DNA of 64,000 bases, from positions 384,001 to 448,000 of the forward strand of contig CAWGPD010000004.1 in NCBI GenBank assembly GCA_963824385.1. The letters are read 5' to 3'. The translations under genes were made by a program, and so were the position numbers. Below are positions 30,676-41,714 of this stretch, piece after piece. A model generated the notes under the pieces. It worked only from the letters and a program-made list of their open reading frames with translations, was not told where the DNA came from and did no database searches. This DNA is from an uncultured Nitrososphaerota archaeon (lineage in GTDB: Archaea > Thermoproteota > Nitrososphaeria > Nitrososphaerales > Nitrosopumilaceae). How positions within the stretch are numbered: the stretch's first letter is position 1; each line of letters starts with the position of its first letter.

Positions 30676-31377
30676 ATGAAAGCTGTCATTTTCACTGGTG
30701 GCCTTGGTACAAGACTTCAGCCATATACTACATTTCTTCCAAAAGCAATGCTTCCTCTTGGGGAAAAACCACTATTAGAACATCTAATAGAATGGGTAAA
30801 ACAAGCCGGGATTGATTCATTTGTACTTTGTGTAAGTTATTTGAGAAAAACAATTGAGGATTATTTTGAAGATGGAAGTAGATTTGGTGTAAAAATTGAA
30901 TATGCTGTTGCAAACAGGCCTCTTGCCACAGCTGGTCAACTAAAAACTGCAGAGGACCTCATAGACGACTCATTTGTTTGTCTGTATGGAGATTCTATAT
31001 TTGATTTTAATTTGAAAAGTATGATATCAGACCATCATAGAAAAAAATCATTTGTTACCATGGGGTTATTTGAATATAAAACTAAATTACAATACGGATT
31101 CATAGAGATGGACAAGGCCAACAAAGTAAAAGCATGGCGTGAAAAACCAGAAGTTAAAGGAAATATCAACATAGGATGTTATGTAATGGAGCCAGGAATA
31201 TTCAAGTTCATACCACCCAACAAACCATACGGTATGGATGATGTAATACGCAGTGCCATAACAAAGAAGAACAAGGTAAGTGGTTTTCTCATAAAGAAAG
31301 GATTTCTGGACATTGGAGACAAGAATTCTTACAGACGTGCATACCAGCAGTACATTGCACGATTAGGTCAGATTTAG
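30676..31377 (+). CDS. Sugar-phosphate nucleotidyltransferase
   Basis: GGLGTRLQP.T...PK, YGD, EKP. Confidence 0.9.
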   Translation: MKAVIFTGGLGTRLQPYTTFLPKAMLPLGEKPLLEHLIEWVKQAGIDSFVLCVSYLRKTIEDYFEDGSRFGVKIEYAVANRPLATAGQLKTAEDLIDDSFVCLYGDSIFDFNLKSMISDHHRKKSFVTMGLFEYKTKLQYGFIEMDKANKVKAWREKPEVKGNINIGCYVMEPGIFKFIPPNKPYGMDDVIRSAITKKNKVSGFLIKKGFLDIGDKNSYRRAYQQYIARLGQI

Positions 31378-31385
31378 ACCAAAGT

Positions 31386-31832
31386 ATGTCAACTATCAAG
31401 ATACGCAAATTACAAAGAAGAGATTTGTACAATGGGTTTTTACTTTCACTTGACTCGCTTAGGAAATCAAGCCAGATAAAACCAAAAAAAGCAGGTATCA
31501 TTTTCGACAAGATCTCAAAGAATCCAGATCATGTCATCTATGTTGCAATATACAATGAAGAAGTTATAGGTGCAACAACTCTTTTGATCGAACAAAAATT
31601 CATCCATGATGGAGGCAAAGTAGGTCATATTGAAGATGTAGTAGTAAGAAAAGAATACCAAGACAAAGGAGTAGGGAAAAAAATAGTCAGTGCACTTTTG
31701 AAATATGCCGAGAAAAAAGGCTGTTACAAAACAATTCTTGATTGTTCAGATGATCTTATTCCATTTTATGAAAATCTAGGGTTTAAGCGACATTCAAATT
31801 CATTGAGATTTGATCATCGATCAAAGAAATAA
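31386..31832 (+). CDS. GNAT acetyltransferase, glucosamine-6-phosphate N-acetyltransferase (GNA1)-like
   Basis: EQKFIH, GHIEDVVV, GCYKTILDC, FYENLGF. Confidence 0.85.
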   Translation: MSTIKIRKLQRRDLYNGFLLSLDSLRKSSQIKPKKAGIIFDKISKNPDHVIYVAIYNEEVIGATTLLIEQKFIHDGGKVGHIEDVVVRKEYQDKGVGKKIVSALLKYAEKKGCYKTILDCSDDLIPFYENLGFKRHSNSLRFDHRSKK

Positions 31833-32242
31833 TCTCGTTTAGGCATAGGTTTCAATCTAAACAATAATGCACCTATAATCATTACAGGAATTGAAGTTGC
31901 GATGAATACAAAAGGACCTATTGTAAGTTCTGGTACAAGATAGACAACCGGAATTTGTTTTATTAGAATAGTAACATAATACATTCCAATGATTGTAATT
32001 ATTCCGCCAGATATTATAACTGATCCAATAAATCGTGAACCGTATCTTCGTCCCATCATAAAAGCAGAGCCAGTTAAAACTATCGCAGGTGCAATACCAA
32101 TAGATATGAATTCTTTTACCTCAGATGAAGGATCAATATCTTCTGATGGATGAGTAAGATATATGGAAATTGATATCATCTGAGCTGCAAACATAATATA
32201 CAAACCAAGACTTGCAACAGATATCCATCTCTCAATTGCCAT
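31814..32242 (-). CDS. Four-TM hypothetical membrane protein
   Basis: Four hydrophobic segments. Confidence 0.7.
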   Translation of the reverse strand: MAIERWISVASLGLYIMFAAQMISISIYLTHPSEDIDPSSEVKEFISIGIAPAIVLTGSAFMMGRRYGSRFIGSVIISGGIITIIGMYYVTILIKQIPVVYLVPELTIGPFVFIATSIPVMIIGALLFRLKPMPKRDYFFDR

Positions 32243-32284
32243 TACAACCCATCTCTTACTTGAATAAATAAACCAAATGATTGT

Positions 32285-33301
32285 CTAAACTATTCCGACA
32301 AGACCTGCAAGTTCTTTTCTACATGCAGCACCAAGCTCCTCTGCAGCTTTTTCAGGAGGTACTTTGTTAAGAAATACTCCATATCCTCTTTCAAGTCCAG
32401 ACCAAGGATCAGCTTGCGGATACACTTCGATATGCCAATGAATCTGTCTATTGTTTTTCTTTTCAGGAGAAAGATGAAAGACCATGTTATATGACAGAGT
32501 TTTCATTGTATTTGCAAGTCCACCTAAAGTAGCGCGTAAAATAAGTGATAAATCATTTATCTCTTTTTGAGTTATTTTAGAAAAACTCGTAATGTGTTTT
32601 TTTGGATAAATCCAAAATTCATATGGATGAGATGGAGCCCATGGGCAGAAAGCAACAAAACCTTCTGTCTGAAGTATTTGTCTAGGTCCTCCAGTTTCAG
32701 TACCCACAGTCTGACACATTGGACATATTCCTTTTTCATTTAGGATTTTGTGCGCTGCCTCAGCCTCTTGTTCTATAACAGGAGGAATTGTGGAAAAAGT
32801 TACAACATTTAGGTTGGCGTGGTTAGTAGAGCCACCAGCTTCTTTTCCGTGATTTACGTATATTGAAACATATGTAACACCGCGTTGGGTGTATAGCCAC
32901 CTAAGCCTGTCTTGTATTACAACAAGTACATTAGACCATTGTTCAGTGGATATGCTTGCAAGGGAATCCTTGTGTTTTTCCGAGGCAACAACAACATAAT
33001 GATACCCGTAAGCAGGCTCGCTGTAAAGCGGTCTATCACTGTAAGAGTTTTCAGAAGTAGTTGTAACAACAGGATTTTTACTTTCAAATACTCTAACTGA
33101 CCAATTCTGTACATAGTTATCTTCAGTATCTTGAAGTCTTTGCAACATCCCATCTTTTGCAACCAGAGAAAGTGTTGATGGATTGGTCATGGATTCATTT
33201 CCAGGACAATAAGGACATTTCTTGGAATCATTAACAGAATTATTTTCAGGAGAAACTATAACAAATCTATCAATTGAATAATCCTTCCTTAAATCCCCCA
33301 T
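32285..33301 (-). CDS. galT: Galactose-1-phosphate uridylyltransferase (GalT)-like protein
   Basis: CPYCPGNE, GYHYVVV, CPMC, HWHIEVYP, GLERG; catalytic HxH reads HAN. Confidence 0.8.
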   Translation of the reverse strand: MGDLRKDYSIDRFVIVSPENNSVNDSKKCPYCPGNESMTNPSTLSLVAKDGMLQRLQDTEDNYVQNWSVRVFESKNPVVTTTSENSYSDRPLYSEPAYGYHYVVVASEKHKDSLASISTEQWSNVLVVIQDRLRWLYTQRGVTYVSIYVNHGKEAGGSTNHANLNVVTFSTIPPVIEQEAEAAHKILNEKGICPMCQTVGTETGGPRQILQTEGFVAFCPWAPSHPYEFWIYPKKHITSFSKITQKEINDLSLILRATLGGLANTMKTLSYNMVFHLSPEKKNNRQIHWHIEVYPQADPWSGLERGYGVFLNKVPPEKAAEELGAACRKELAGLVGIV

Positions 33302-33452
33302 ACTGCTAGATTTTAAACTAGCAATTTAAAACCTTTGCAAAGATCGGAAATTACCGCCAATACAGTACAATTTTGATTCCAACAGTCCAAAACAATCATT
33401 TTATTAAAAAAATTAAACTTAAATTGGAAGATCGAGATCTCTAAATTATTAC

Positions 33453-34007
33453 ATGTCAACAACATCATTAAGACGAGATCATGATTTAATAGAAAAAGTA
33501 CTAAAGTCAATGTGGTCTACTATTCCTCTACTACAATCTGGTAAGACCATACCAGAACCAATTCTAAACCAAGTGATTGATTTTTCAACAAATTTTACCG
33601 ATGTGTGCCATCATGGAAAAGAAGAAAACTCTCTGTTTCCAGAACTTGAGAAAAAGGGAATGCCAAAAAATACAGGCCCAATCACTGTTATGCTCATGGA
33701 ACATGAGGTCACCCGCAAGATAGGAGCAAGAATGGAAGTATCTGCAAAAACATACCTAAAAAGTAGTGATGCGACCCAATTAATTACAGACATGCAAGAA
33801 TACATCAATCATGTGGTACAGCACGTATGGAAGGAAAACAATAGGTTGTTTGAGATGGCCGAGATGGCTCTAAGAAATGAAGCAGAACAGGTCAATAATA
33901 GTCTGCTAGAGGTAGAGCATGCAAAACTCAAGGAGATAGGAAAGACAAGAGAGCATTATGAGAAATTTGCAGATGAATTTGCAAAGCAATTTCCGTCAAA
34001 CGACTAG
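33453..34007 (+). CDS. Hemerythrin/HHE cation-binding protein
   Basis: DH, HHGKEENSLFP, EH, HVWKENNRLF. Confidence 0.9.
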   Translation: MSTTSLRRDHDLIEKVLKSMWSTIPLLQSGKTIPEPILNQVIDFSTNFTDVCHHGKEENSLFPELEKKGMPKNTGPITVMLMEHEVTRKIGARMEVSAKTYLKSSDATQLITDMQEYINHVVQHVWKENNRLFEMAEMALRNEAEQVNNSLLEVEHAKLKEIGKTREHYEKFADEFAKQFPSND

Positions 34008-34108
34008 GTCTAGATTTACTACCAAAGGACTTTTCTAGTACACATTTGTGAGAAAAATATGAAGAAAATAAAACAATATTTTCGCATACAGGTATGGAGT
34101 GTTAAACC

Positions 34109-34543
34109 TTGACTGCAAAGACAGGAGACAAGGTCAAGATAGAATATACAGGAACTCTTGATGACGGAACAGTCTTTGATAGTAATGTTGATGAGGGAAA
34201 CCTATTAGAATTTGAAATCGGCGGAGGCCAGGTAATAAAGGGATTTGATGATGCAATACTTGGAATGAAGGAAGGAGAAGAAAAGCAATTTAGTATTTCT
34301 CCAGCAGAGGCATATGGTGAACACGATCTGACCCTAATTCAAAAGGTACCAAAAGAGATTTTCCCACCTGATGCAGAACTTGTTCCAGGACTATTGTTTG
34401 AAGCAGGACTGCCCACTGGAGAAAAGGTACCTGCAGTGATAACTGCAATAGAAGAAAATATAGTTTCAGTTGATTTGAATCATCCTCTTGCAGGAAAGAG
34501 ATTAAATTTTAAGATAAAATTATCTGCAGTCACATCATCTTAA
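34109..34543 (+). CDS. FKBP-type peptidyl-prolyl isomerase (SlyD-like, no His-rich tail)
   Basis: YTGTLDDGTVFDS, EAYG, DLNHPLAG. Confidence 0.93.
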   Translation: MTAKTGDKVKIEYTGTLDDGTVFDSNVDEGNLLEFEIGGGQVIKGFDDAILGMKEGEEKQFSISPAEAYGEHDLTLIQKVPKEIFPPDAELVPGLLFEAGLPTGEKVPAVITAIEENIVSVDLNHPLAGKRLNFKIKLSAVTSS

Positions 34544-34702
34544 TTTTCTTTCAGTTTAGATATCAAAAATTGGTTCTCATTATTGTAGAAAATCAATATT
34601 GAAAATATAACCAAGCAGAAATTTGTTTTAGAATTTAGATCGCTTAAAAAATCAAGGTTTATGTGTGATATGAAAAAACGGAAGCTTGGGAGATTTAGAA
34701 AA

Positions 34703-35983
34703 ATGGATAACTCCGATGTTCACATGATTTACGTTCTTCTTGATGGAATTGGCGACTTGCCTCATCCAGATTTGAAGGGTTCAACTCCGTTAAGTTATGC
34801 AAAAACTCCCAATCTTGATAGACTTGCAAGAAATGGTGCCATAGGAGAAGTTATTTCAGTAGGCAGGGGAATAGCCCCTCAATCAGATATTGCAGTGTTC
34901 AATATGCTTGGGTATAGATTTGAAAATACGCAATATGTTGGAAGAGGAGTAATTGAGGCAATTGGGGTAGGCATTGATTTTAAAAATGGTGATCTTGCAC
35001 TGCGAGGAAACTTTGCTACAGTAAATGATGAGAGAATTATAACAGATTGTAGAGCTGGAAGAAACATAGAGAAAGAAGACGCTATTGCAATTTCTCGGGA
35101 GCTAGAACAAAAAATCAAGTTTTCAAATCCAAAAGCATCAGTTGTCGTAGCCCCAACAATTGGACATAGGTTAATTGTTAGAATAAGATGTGATGGGATA
35201 TTTCTTACACCAGATATTAGCAATACTAATCCAGCTTATGCAAGAATAGACGGCATGGGAGTTGCCAAGGCAGTTGGGGATTACATGGAGGTAGAAAAGT
35301 CATTGCCCTTAAACGAGTCTGATGGTGCCAAACTTTCAGCATTACTTGTAAATGAATTTACAGACAAATCGCTTCAGATTATGAAAGATAGTACTGTAAA
35401 TAAAAATAGAAAAGAACAGGGCAAGAAGATGGTAAATTCAATTCTATTACGTGATGCTGGAAACAAGTTTCCAGATGTTACTCCAATAAACAAGTTGCAT
35501 GAGATGCAGTTTTCATGCATAGTAGACATGCCAGTAGAGATAGGCATTGCAAATGTTTTGAAGATGAAATCATTTAGTGCAGGTGGTCTTACTGATTATG
35601 AAGAAAAGGCACGTGTTGCAGCCAAAGCAATGCAGACAGAAAATGCAATTTATGTTCATATCAAGGGACCAGATGAATTTGGTCATGACGGAGATGCAGT
35701 GGGCAAGATGCAAAACGTAGAAGAAATAGACAAAAGATTCTTTGGGACTTTGCTTGATAATATAGACACATCAAAAGTTGCAGTTGTCATATCAGGAGAT
35801 CATTCTACACCATGCATAAACAAAAGCCATAGTGACGATCCAGTCCCTGTTTTGATTTCAGGAGATTTTATCAAAAAAGATGGAACTACAAGATTTACAG
35901 AAGAGCAGGCAAAGAAAGGCAGAATTGGACTCATCATGGGAGCAGATGTCATCAATACTGCAATAAAGGCCATTAAATCATAA
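34703..35983 (+). CDS. apgM: 2,3-BPG-independent phosphoglycerate mutase (archaeal type)
   Basis: LDGIGD, PQSDIA, KGPDEFGH, GDHSTP, HSDDPVP. Confidence 0.92.
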   Translation: MDNSDVHMIYVLLDGIGDLPHPDLKGSTPLSYAKTPNLDRLARNGAIGEVISVGRGIAPQSDIAVFNMLGYRFENTQYVGRGVIEAIGVGIDFKNGDLALRGNFATVNDERIITDCRAGRNIEKEDAIAISRELEQKIKFSNPKASVVVAPTIGHRLIVRIRCDGIFLTPDISNTNPAYARIDGMGVAKAVGDYMEVEKSLPLNESDGAKLSALLVNEFTDKSLQIMKDSTVNKNRKEQGKKMVNSILLRDAGNKFPDVTPINKLHEMQFSCIVDMPVEIGIANVLKMKSFSAGGLTDYEEKARVAAKAMQTENAIYVHIKGPDEFGHDGDAVGKMQNVEEIDKRFFGTLLDNIDTSKVAVVISGDHSTPCINKSHSDDPVPVLISGDFIKKDGTTRFTEEQAKKGRIGLIMGADVINTAIKAIKS

Positions 35984-36533
35984 ACGGTTCTATGTTTTTA
36001 GAAGAGATCATTTTCTCAATAGTTTTTCTAAACTTGTCCATGTCAATGTCATAATATATGCCAAAAGCGCTAGAGAGTTTTTCCATAGCCCTCTTCATTA
36101 TTGAAAGACATATGTCATTTTCATTTTTTTGATAATGAACTAGTGCCGCTGCAACAAGAATAATTCCTTGAACAAGATCTTTTTCTCCTTCATGTGTCTT
36201 TTTCCAAACACCCTCAAGGACTTCATGACACTCCCAATATTTTTCATCGTTAAAGTATTGTTTTGCTCTTTTTAGTGCCTCTTCTTTTTCAATTTTCTCT
36301 TCGACAACATGTCTTGCATCATCAAGAGGTCCAATGGACTGGAATTTTTTTACAACTTGATCCAGTTCTTCTTTTTTAACAGACACATCAAATTCTAAAT
36401 ATTTAGTTGAGACTCTCATGTCTCGTACAATTACATCCATTTCAGAAGTTAATTGATCAGCTTTTGCAAGTAGTGCTTTTGCATCAGTTGGAACATAACC
36501 TGAGTTTTTCAGGTGTACCATAAATCTATCCAC
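35973..36533 (-). CDS. DUF309-domain protein
   Basis: FN..KYWECHEVLEGVW, QGII..AAA..H. Confidence 0.85.
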   Translation of the reverse strand: MDRFMVHLKNSGYVPTDAKALLAKADQLTSEMDVIVRDMRVSTKYLEFDVSVKKEELDQVVKKFQSIGPLDDARHVVEEKIEKEEALKRAKQYFNDEKYWECHEVLEGVWKKTHEGEKDLVQGIILVAAALVHYQKNENDICLSIMKRAMEKLSSAFGIYYDIDMDKFRKTIEKMISSKNIEPFMI

Positions 36534-36616
36534 AGGCTTTAGATATCATGATTTCATAAATTTGTTGTCTAGCAGCCGTTAAGATTTATATGAACTATTA
36601 AAAGGACTTGGATTAC

Positions 36617-36973
36617 ATGTCCATGATCGAAGTTACACGTGATGTAAAGAATCCCTTACTGTCAAGAAGAGAGATTACTTGTAACTTCAAAGGGCTTTCT
36701 GGCAGACTAAAGAAACTAGAAGCAGTTGACATGATCTCAAAAAAATTCAATCTAGAAGGAAAAATTGTAATACCAATAATTTTGAAAAATGAAACTGGAA
36801 GACCAGTAGTATCAGGAAGTTTCTATGTATATGAAGATGAAAAACTTGCTAAAGAACATCTCAAGGCTGCAATTTTTGCAAGAATAGAAAAGGCAAAAGG
36901 TGCAGTTGCAAAACCAGAGGGTACTGAAGCATCAGCAGAGAAGACAGAAGCACCAAAGGAAGAGAGTAAGTAA
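36617..36973 (+). CDS. rps24e: 30S ribosomal protein S24e
   Basis: NPLLSRREI; adjacent to S27ae. Confidence 0.85.
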   Translation: MSMIEVTRDVKNPLLSRREITCNFKGLSGRLKKLEAVDMISKKFNLEGKIVIPIILKNETGRPVVSGSFYVYEDEKLAKEHLKAAIFARIEKAKGAVAKPEGTEASAEKTEAPKEESK

Positions 36974-37146
36974 TGGCAAGCAAAAAAGGCTCTAGCCCAC
37001 AAGTTTACAAGTATTACAAGGTGTCCGGAGATAAAACAGAGAGAAAAAGGAAGGAATGTTCAAGATGCGGTAAGGGCGTATTCATGTCCAACCATAAAAA
37101 TAGACACAGTTGTGGCAAGTGTGGATTTACCGAATTCATTCAATAA
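36973..37146 (+). CDS. rps27ae: 30S ribosomal protein S27ae
   Basis: MASKKGSSPQVYKYYKV...ECSRCGKGVFMSNHKNRHSCGKCGFTEF; missed by ORF track. Confidence 0.95.
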   Translation: MASKKGSSPQVYKYYKVSGDKTERKRKECSRCGKGVFMSNHKNRHSCGKCGFTEFIQ

Positions 37147-37220
37147 TTAATATAGCTTCTTTTTTCTAAGTCTAGAAACTTTTTGAGTCTATTTGATCTA
37201 ATTTCTGTAAAAGATTTGGT

Positions 37221-37856
37221 TCAAGTCACAGTATTTGCAATCACTGTTACTGGAATCTTGGCAATGTTTGTATCCATTGTAATGTTTATGATAGGAAGTT
37301 TCTTTTCTATCCACAATTTTAGAACTTTATCCTCAAGTTTATAGTCCCTAAATCCTTCTGGAAACTTTTTGGTTATGTGTGATAGAAGTGTTTTATCATC
37401 AAATACAGCCCTTGGGTCAAAAAGTCTGGTGGAATCAGAGTAACTACTCTCAAAAAGATTTCCGCTTAGTTCATCAGATATAATATCCATCTTTGATATT
37501 CTTCGAATCAGTTCTAAATAGTGGAGAAATTCATGTGCCAAGATAGCATGAATTGTACCTTTGAGGCCATATGCTACAAGTGGGGCAGTAATCTGTATTA
37601 TGATATTTAATTTATCACCAGAGACAATTGGAATTGTTCTTGCAAACAATATACCATAATCAAAAGAGCCAGATGATGGGTGAGATACTACTACTGACGG
37701 TTCTACATATGCAAGTGGAAAATTAATTCCGGATGCCTTTTCTATCCTTTGTATGCCGGACAAAGTCACCTCAAACCTCTTAATTATTAACGAGTGAATT
37801 TTCTCAGGAATTAGCCCATTTTTGTAAGCTTCGTGTACTCTAAGTAAAGGATCCAA
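37221..37856 (-). CDS. Hypothetical protein with HExxH motif; true stop may be near 37147 if 3' indels are errors
   Basis: AILAHEFLHY. Confidence 0.7.
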   Translation of the reverse strand: MDPLLRVHEAYKNGLIPEKIHSLIIKRFEVTLSGIQRIEKASGINFPLAYVEPSVVVSHPSSGSFDYGILFARTIPIVSGDKLNIIIQITAPLVAYGLKGTIHAILAHEFLHYLELIRRISKMDIISDELSGNLFESSYSDSTRLFDPRAVFDDKTLLSHITKKFPEGFRDYKLEDKVLKLWIEKKLPIINITMDTNIAKIPVTVIANTVT

Positions 37857-37962
37857 TCGAACAAGAGTGAATTAGACTATAATAAAAGCTTGACATAAAA
37901 TGACAAATTTCATTTAACCAGGGTAAATTAGGAAACTGTCCTTGTTTTATCACATTACAAAT

Positions 37963-39110
37963 TCAATTGCTAAGCACTATTTTATGAAAATCAAATGTAG
38001 TACATTTGCATGAATTTTCAAGCAGCATGCTAATGTTTGGTTCTACATTATTACCAGTCACAAGTCTCTTGAGTGGAATTCCCCCATCCAATTCTACAAG
38101 AATATTAAATGTTCTAGGATCTATTTTTTTGATCTTTACATTGTAGATTCTTTTTTGATTATTCCTAGATGTGTTTTCACTTATTGAAATAGGCATATCT
38201 TTTAGGCCTTCTAAAACGTTCAATGCTTCAGGGACCAGATCTTTTTCAGTGGATATTTCCAATAAAACATTTGTTTTGAATTTGATTTGATCAGTTGGTA
38301 CCTTTGAAACTATTCTTAGATGTAAAATAGAGACACCATCAAGTACAATATTTTTTGGCAAGATGATTTTTCTTTTATGGGGATTTATCAATTTAACAAA
38401 GAAAGGTCTTCCATTACCAAGAACAAGACTAGACTCATCCTCACCGCCAATCCAGGTCATTTTGGCTTGTTGGGCACCAAATTTTTCGAACAAAAACTTG
38501 GCAATCTTACCTTCTACACTATTAAATTCAGATATTCCGTGAAAGTCGCATACAAAACATCCTTTTCCGTCACATCTATTGCAAGATTTTTGTTTTTGTG
38601 GAATTCCACGCATATCTTTTGTATATCGCCCTTGCAGTATCAATGCTTTTGGCTTTACTTCGCATTGGTCTTTTTTGAAATCAATTGTAAAGACAATATC
38701 CGGATTTTGATAATCAACTTTAGTTCTAGTTTTTTTTCCAAATTGTTTTCCCATCTCTCTTGTAATGTCACTTTTGATTCCAGCAATTCCACGTAGCTTA
38801 AACTTTGAACGGACGATATCATCCCTATCCAAAATTGAAGGTTTAAGAATCGCCCCTATAAGAAATGTTGAAAATTCATATTTCTTTGAAATATCAAGTA
38901 TCTTGCTTAAGAAAACATCAAGTTCTGGCATTAGATTTTTGCATAAATAGCATGATTTTGGATTATTTTGCTTTATAATTTTCCTAATTTTTGTACCGAG
39001 ATTTTTGTGAGAAACTAATCCTAGTCTACTTGCAAACATTCTTCCAAGACAGTAATCACATAAATGATATTCCCGTAGGATTTGCTTGGTTTCCTCAATC
39101 ACTGTATCCA
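37963..39110 (-). CDS. pus10: tRNA pseudouridine(54/55) synthase Pus10
   Basis: LCDYCLGR Zn site, THUMP-like region, GRYTK..RGIPQ, GGED, GRPF, DGGIPLK. Confidence 0.85.
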
Positions 39111-39267
39111 TCTTAGTTTTTTTCAACAACATACAAAGCAAATGAGAGGTGTTTTAATCGTAATTAAACAGTCAAAAACATTATTGGATAAACTAATCCA
39201 TAGTACTGACAAGCGTATGTTAAGTTGGCATATGTGAACAACTGTTAAATAAAGTGAAGTCCCACCA

Positions 39268-39510
39268 TTGAATATGGTTTCAAGAGAACTCGTAATCATT
39301 CTGGCAGCCTGTTTTGGTGGCGCATGCGTCATAATGGTTGCAATGTCAACAGCAGGCGGTGGGGCACCCCCAGGAACTTACAGCGGAAACAGCAATGGTG
39401 CACATATGGTTTCTAATCCACAAAACTGTGATTCATTTCAGACAGGCTGTGCGATTAATAGCACATATGCGAACAGCAAGACTTGTCAGCGGTGCATATC
39501 TAAGTGGTAA
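39268..39510 (+). CDS. Small secreted Cys-containing protein
   Basis: N-terminal hydrophobic helix, Cys-rich C-terminus. Confidence 0.45.
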   Translation: MNMVSRELVIILAACFGGACVIMVAMSTAGGGAPPGTYSGNSNGAHMVSNPQNCDSFQTGCAINSTYANSKTCQRCISKW

Positions 39511-39561
39511 CTACAAGAACCTTAGTTAAATCACATAATTTTTTTTTCCTTTATTAAAATA

Positions 39562-39580
39562 ATTCCCGAAAATCGGGAAT
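39562..39580. terminator. Hairpin between convergent genes
   Basis: ATTCCCGA-aaa-TCGGGAAT with nearby T tracts. Confidence 0.35.
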
Positions 39581-39648
39581 GAATAATCATTTTTTTCTCA
39601 GTGATACCTGAGAATCTTAGGAACCGTAGATAGTCACAATTATATAAT

Positions 39649-40324
39649 TTACCACGGATATAGACGTCTACAGGATTCTTTTTCTGAAACACTAATGGCT
39701 TTGGTAGGACATGTTTGTGCAGCATCAAGTATTTTTTCTGACTTTGCGCCTTGTTCATTAATTACTGTAGATTTGGGATTTACTCTAACATTCTTTTCTA
39801 CCCTAAATACAGAAGGAGCAATTGTCTCGCAGCTACAGCATGCTATGCACCTACCAGGATCAACTTTTACAGATACGGAGACCTCTTGTTCTACATGTAT
39901 TGGTTCAGTTTCAGATCTTGTCTCGGTTCTTACTTTTTCATAATAATCCCAAAAAGTCTTTTCATAATGTGACCAAAAATTTTGATATTCATCTTCAGCA
40001 TATCTTGTATGTCTAGTCCAGTCTTCTTCTGGGTTTCTATCCGATTTTCTTGCACCCCATGAATAAGTCGAGTTAGAATTAGATTTTTTCTTGGAATCTT
40101 TATCATGATATTTTTCAGAAGACTTTGTTCCTATCTTGTTTTTGTATTCCGTACGAAGTGTTTGATATGCTTCAACTACCAGTCTTGAATTTGGTGCTTT
40201 CCTGATCCAGCGTATTTTTATCTGGATGAAATTTTAAAGCTAGTTTTCTATATGCCGATTTTACTTCCTTAATGGAGGCTCCTTCTTGGATACCCAGAGT
40301 CTGATAACACTGATAGGTGTTCAA
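39649..40324 (-). CDS. DnaJ-ferredoxin (J-domain plus Fe-S ferredoxin); two apparent frameshifts near 40185 and 40085
   Basis: TTG start, [15 protein letters not shown]-terminal [17 protein letters not shown]...[10 protein letters not shown]; absent from ORF track. Confidence 0.88.
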
Positions 40325-40383
40325 CAAGATGTTTAGATAATATCACATATGATATTTAGATACATCTTTATTTGAAAAATATT

Positions 40384-41712
40384 CTAACCCAAGCCCATCT
40401 TTCGTAGCATTCCCTGCATCTGTCTTCCTTTAGAAGCCTTCATCATGGTCTTTGAATTTTTGTATGCTTTGAGAAGTTCTTTTACCTCATGCTCTGGCCA
40501 CCCAGAACCTCGTGCAATTCTTTTCACTCTAGAAGCATTTATCAAATCAGGATCTGATTTTTCACCCTTTGTCATAGATTGGATAATAAAACGCCACTTT
40601 TCCATTCGTTGTTCTTGTTGCTCCACCTGATTCTTCTTTTACCATACCAGAAAAACCAGGCATGTTTTCTAGGATGTTACGCAATCCCCCTGCCTTTGTT
40701 GCCTCTTCAATTTGAAAGTAGAAATCTTCCATGTTCATTTTTCCATGTGAGATTCTCTTTAGTCTGTCCTCATTGCCCTCAGTCTCAAGTCTTTTTGCCA
40801 TGTCAAGCAATGCTTGAATGTCACCCATTCCAAGCATTCTTCCAACAAATCTTGTTGGCGAGAATTTTTCAAGAATCATCTATTCGTTCACCTGTTCCAA
40901 TGTACATTATTTGTGCACCCGTTGCAGCTGCTGCCGCAAGTGCACCACCGCCCTTTGCACTACTATCTAATTTTGTGACTATAATTCCTCCCACTGGAAC
41001 TGTTTTATGAAATGCTTCAGCTTGATTGTAACATTGTTGTCCAATAGTTCCATCAATTATCAATAATGCAAGGTCTGGGTTTGCAATTTTACCAATTCTT
41101 GTCATTTCATCAAGAAGATTCTTTTTCTTCCTTGTGTCTTCCAGCTGTATCGATTAGAATAATATCAAAATTTTGTCCCTCAAAATGCTTTAGACCATTT
41201 TTTACAAGTTCTGGAGAATCTTTGTTTCCTTCATCACCATACACTTCCACGTTTGCCTTTTCACACATTGTCTTAAGTTGGGTAAGTGCTCCAGGTCTGT
41301 AAGTATCTGCACCGATTACTGCAACTCTGTAACCTTGTCTTGTCAAGAGCTTGGCAAGTTTTGAAGTTACAGTAGTTTTTCCACTTCCCTGAATTCCAAG
41401 CATCAAAACCTTGTTTACTTTACCGGGTTGAAATACGAATTGTTCTTCTGTGCCTAATAATTTAGCAAGTTCTTCATATAGAATTTTCACAATGTGATCT
41501 TTTCTAGAAAGTCCAGGAGGAGGAGTCTCTTTGATAGATCTCTCCTCCAAGTTTTTAGTAATTTGAAAAACTAGTTTTACATTTACATCAGATTGTAGTA
41601 ATGCCCTTTGGATATCTTTTGAAAGTTCCTTGATTAGAGCCTCATCAATTCCCGAAGAATTTACTATTTTCTTTAACGCTGCTCTAAGACCTGTTTTTAG
41701 ACCGTCTAACAT
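40384..41712 (-). CDS. srp54: Signal recognition particle 54 kDa protein (apparent frameshifts near 41120, 40873, 40627)
   Basis: [33 protein letters not shown]-domain IIQSMT...[11 protein letters not shown]. Confidence 0.95.
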
Positions 41713-41714
41713 TG

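Noticed and set aside
39562..39580. Third copy of the TTCCGANTCGGAA operator
   Set aside because: Different arms and spacer (TTCCCGA-N3-TCGGGAA) and located between convergent 3' ends; more like a terminator hairpin.
39531..40016. Several short ORFs in the track over this interval
   Set aside because: Shadows or wrong frames of the DnaJ-ferredoxin gene.
40384..41712. Pseudogenisation or programmed frameshifting of srp54 and other split genes
   Set aside because: Essential genes, no shared slippery site or structure, both directions of shift; sequencing error is simpler.
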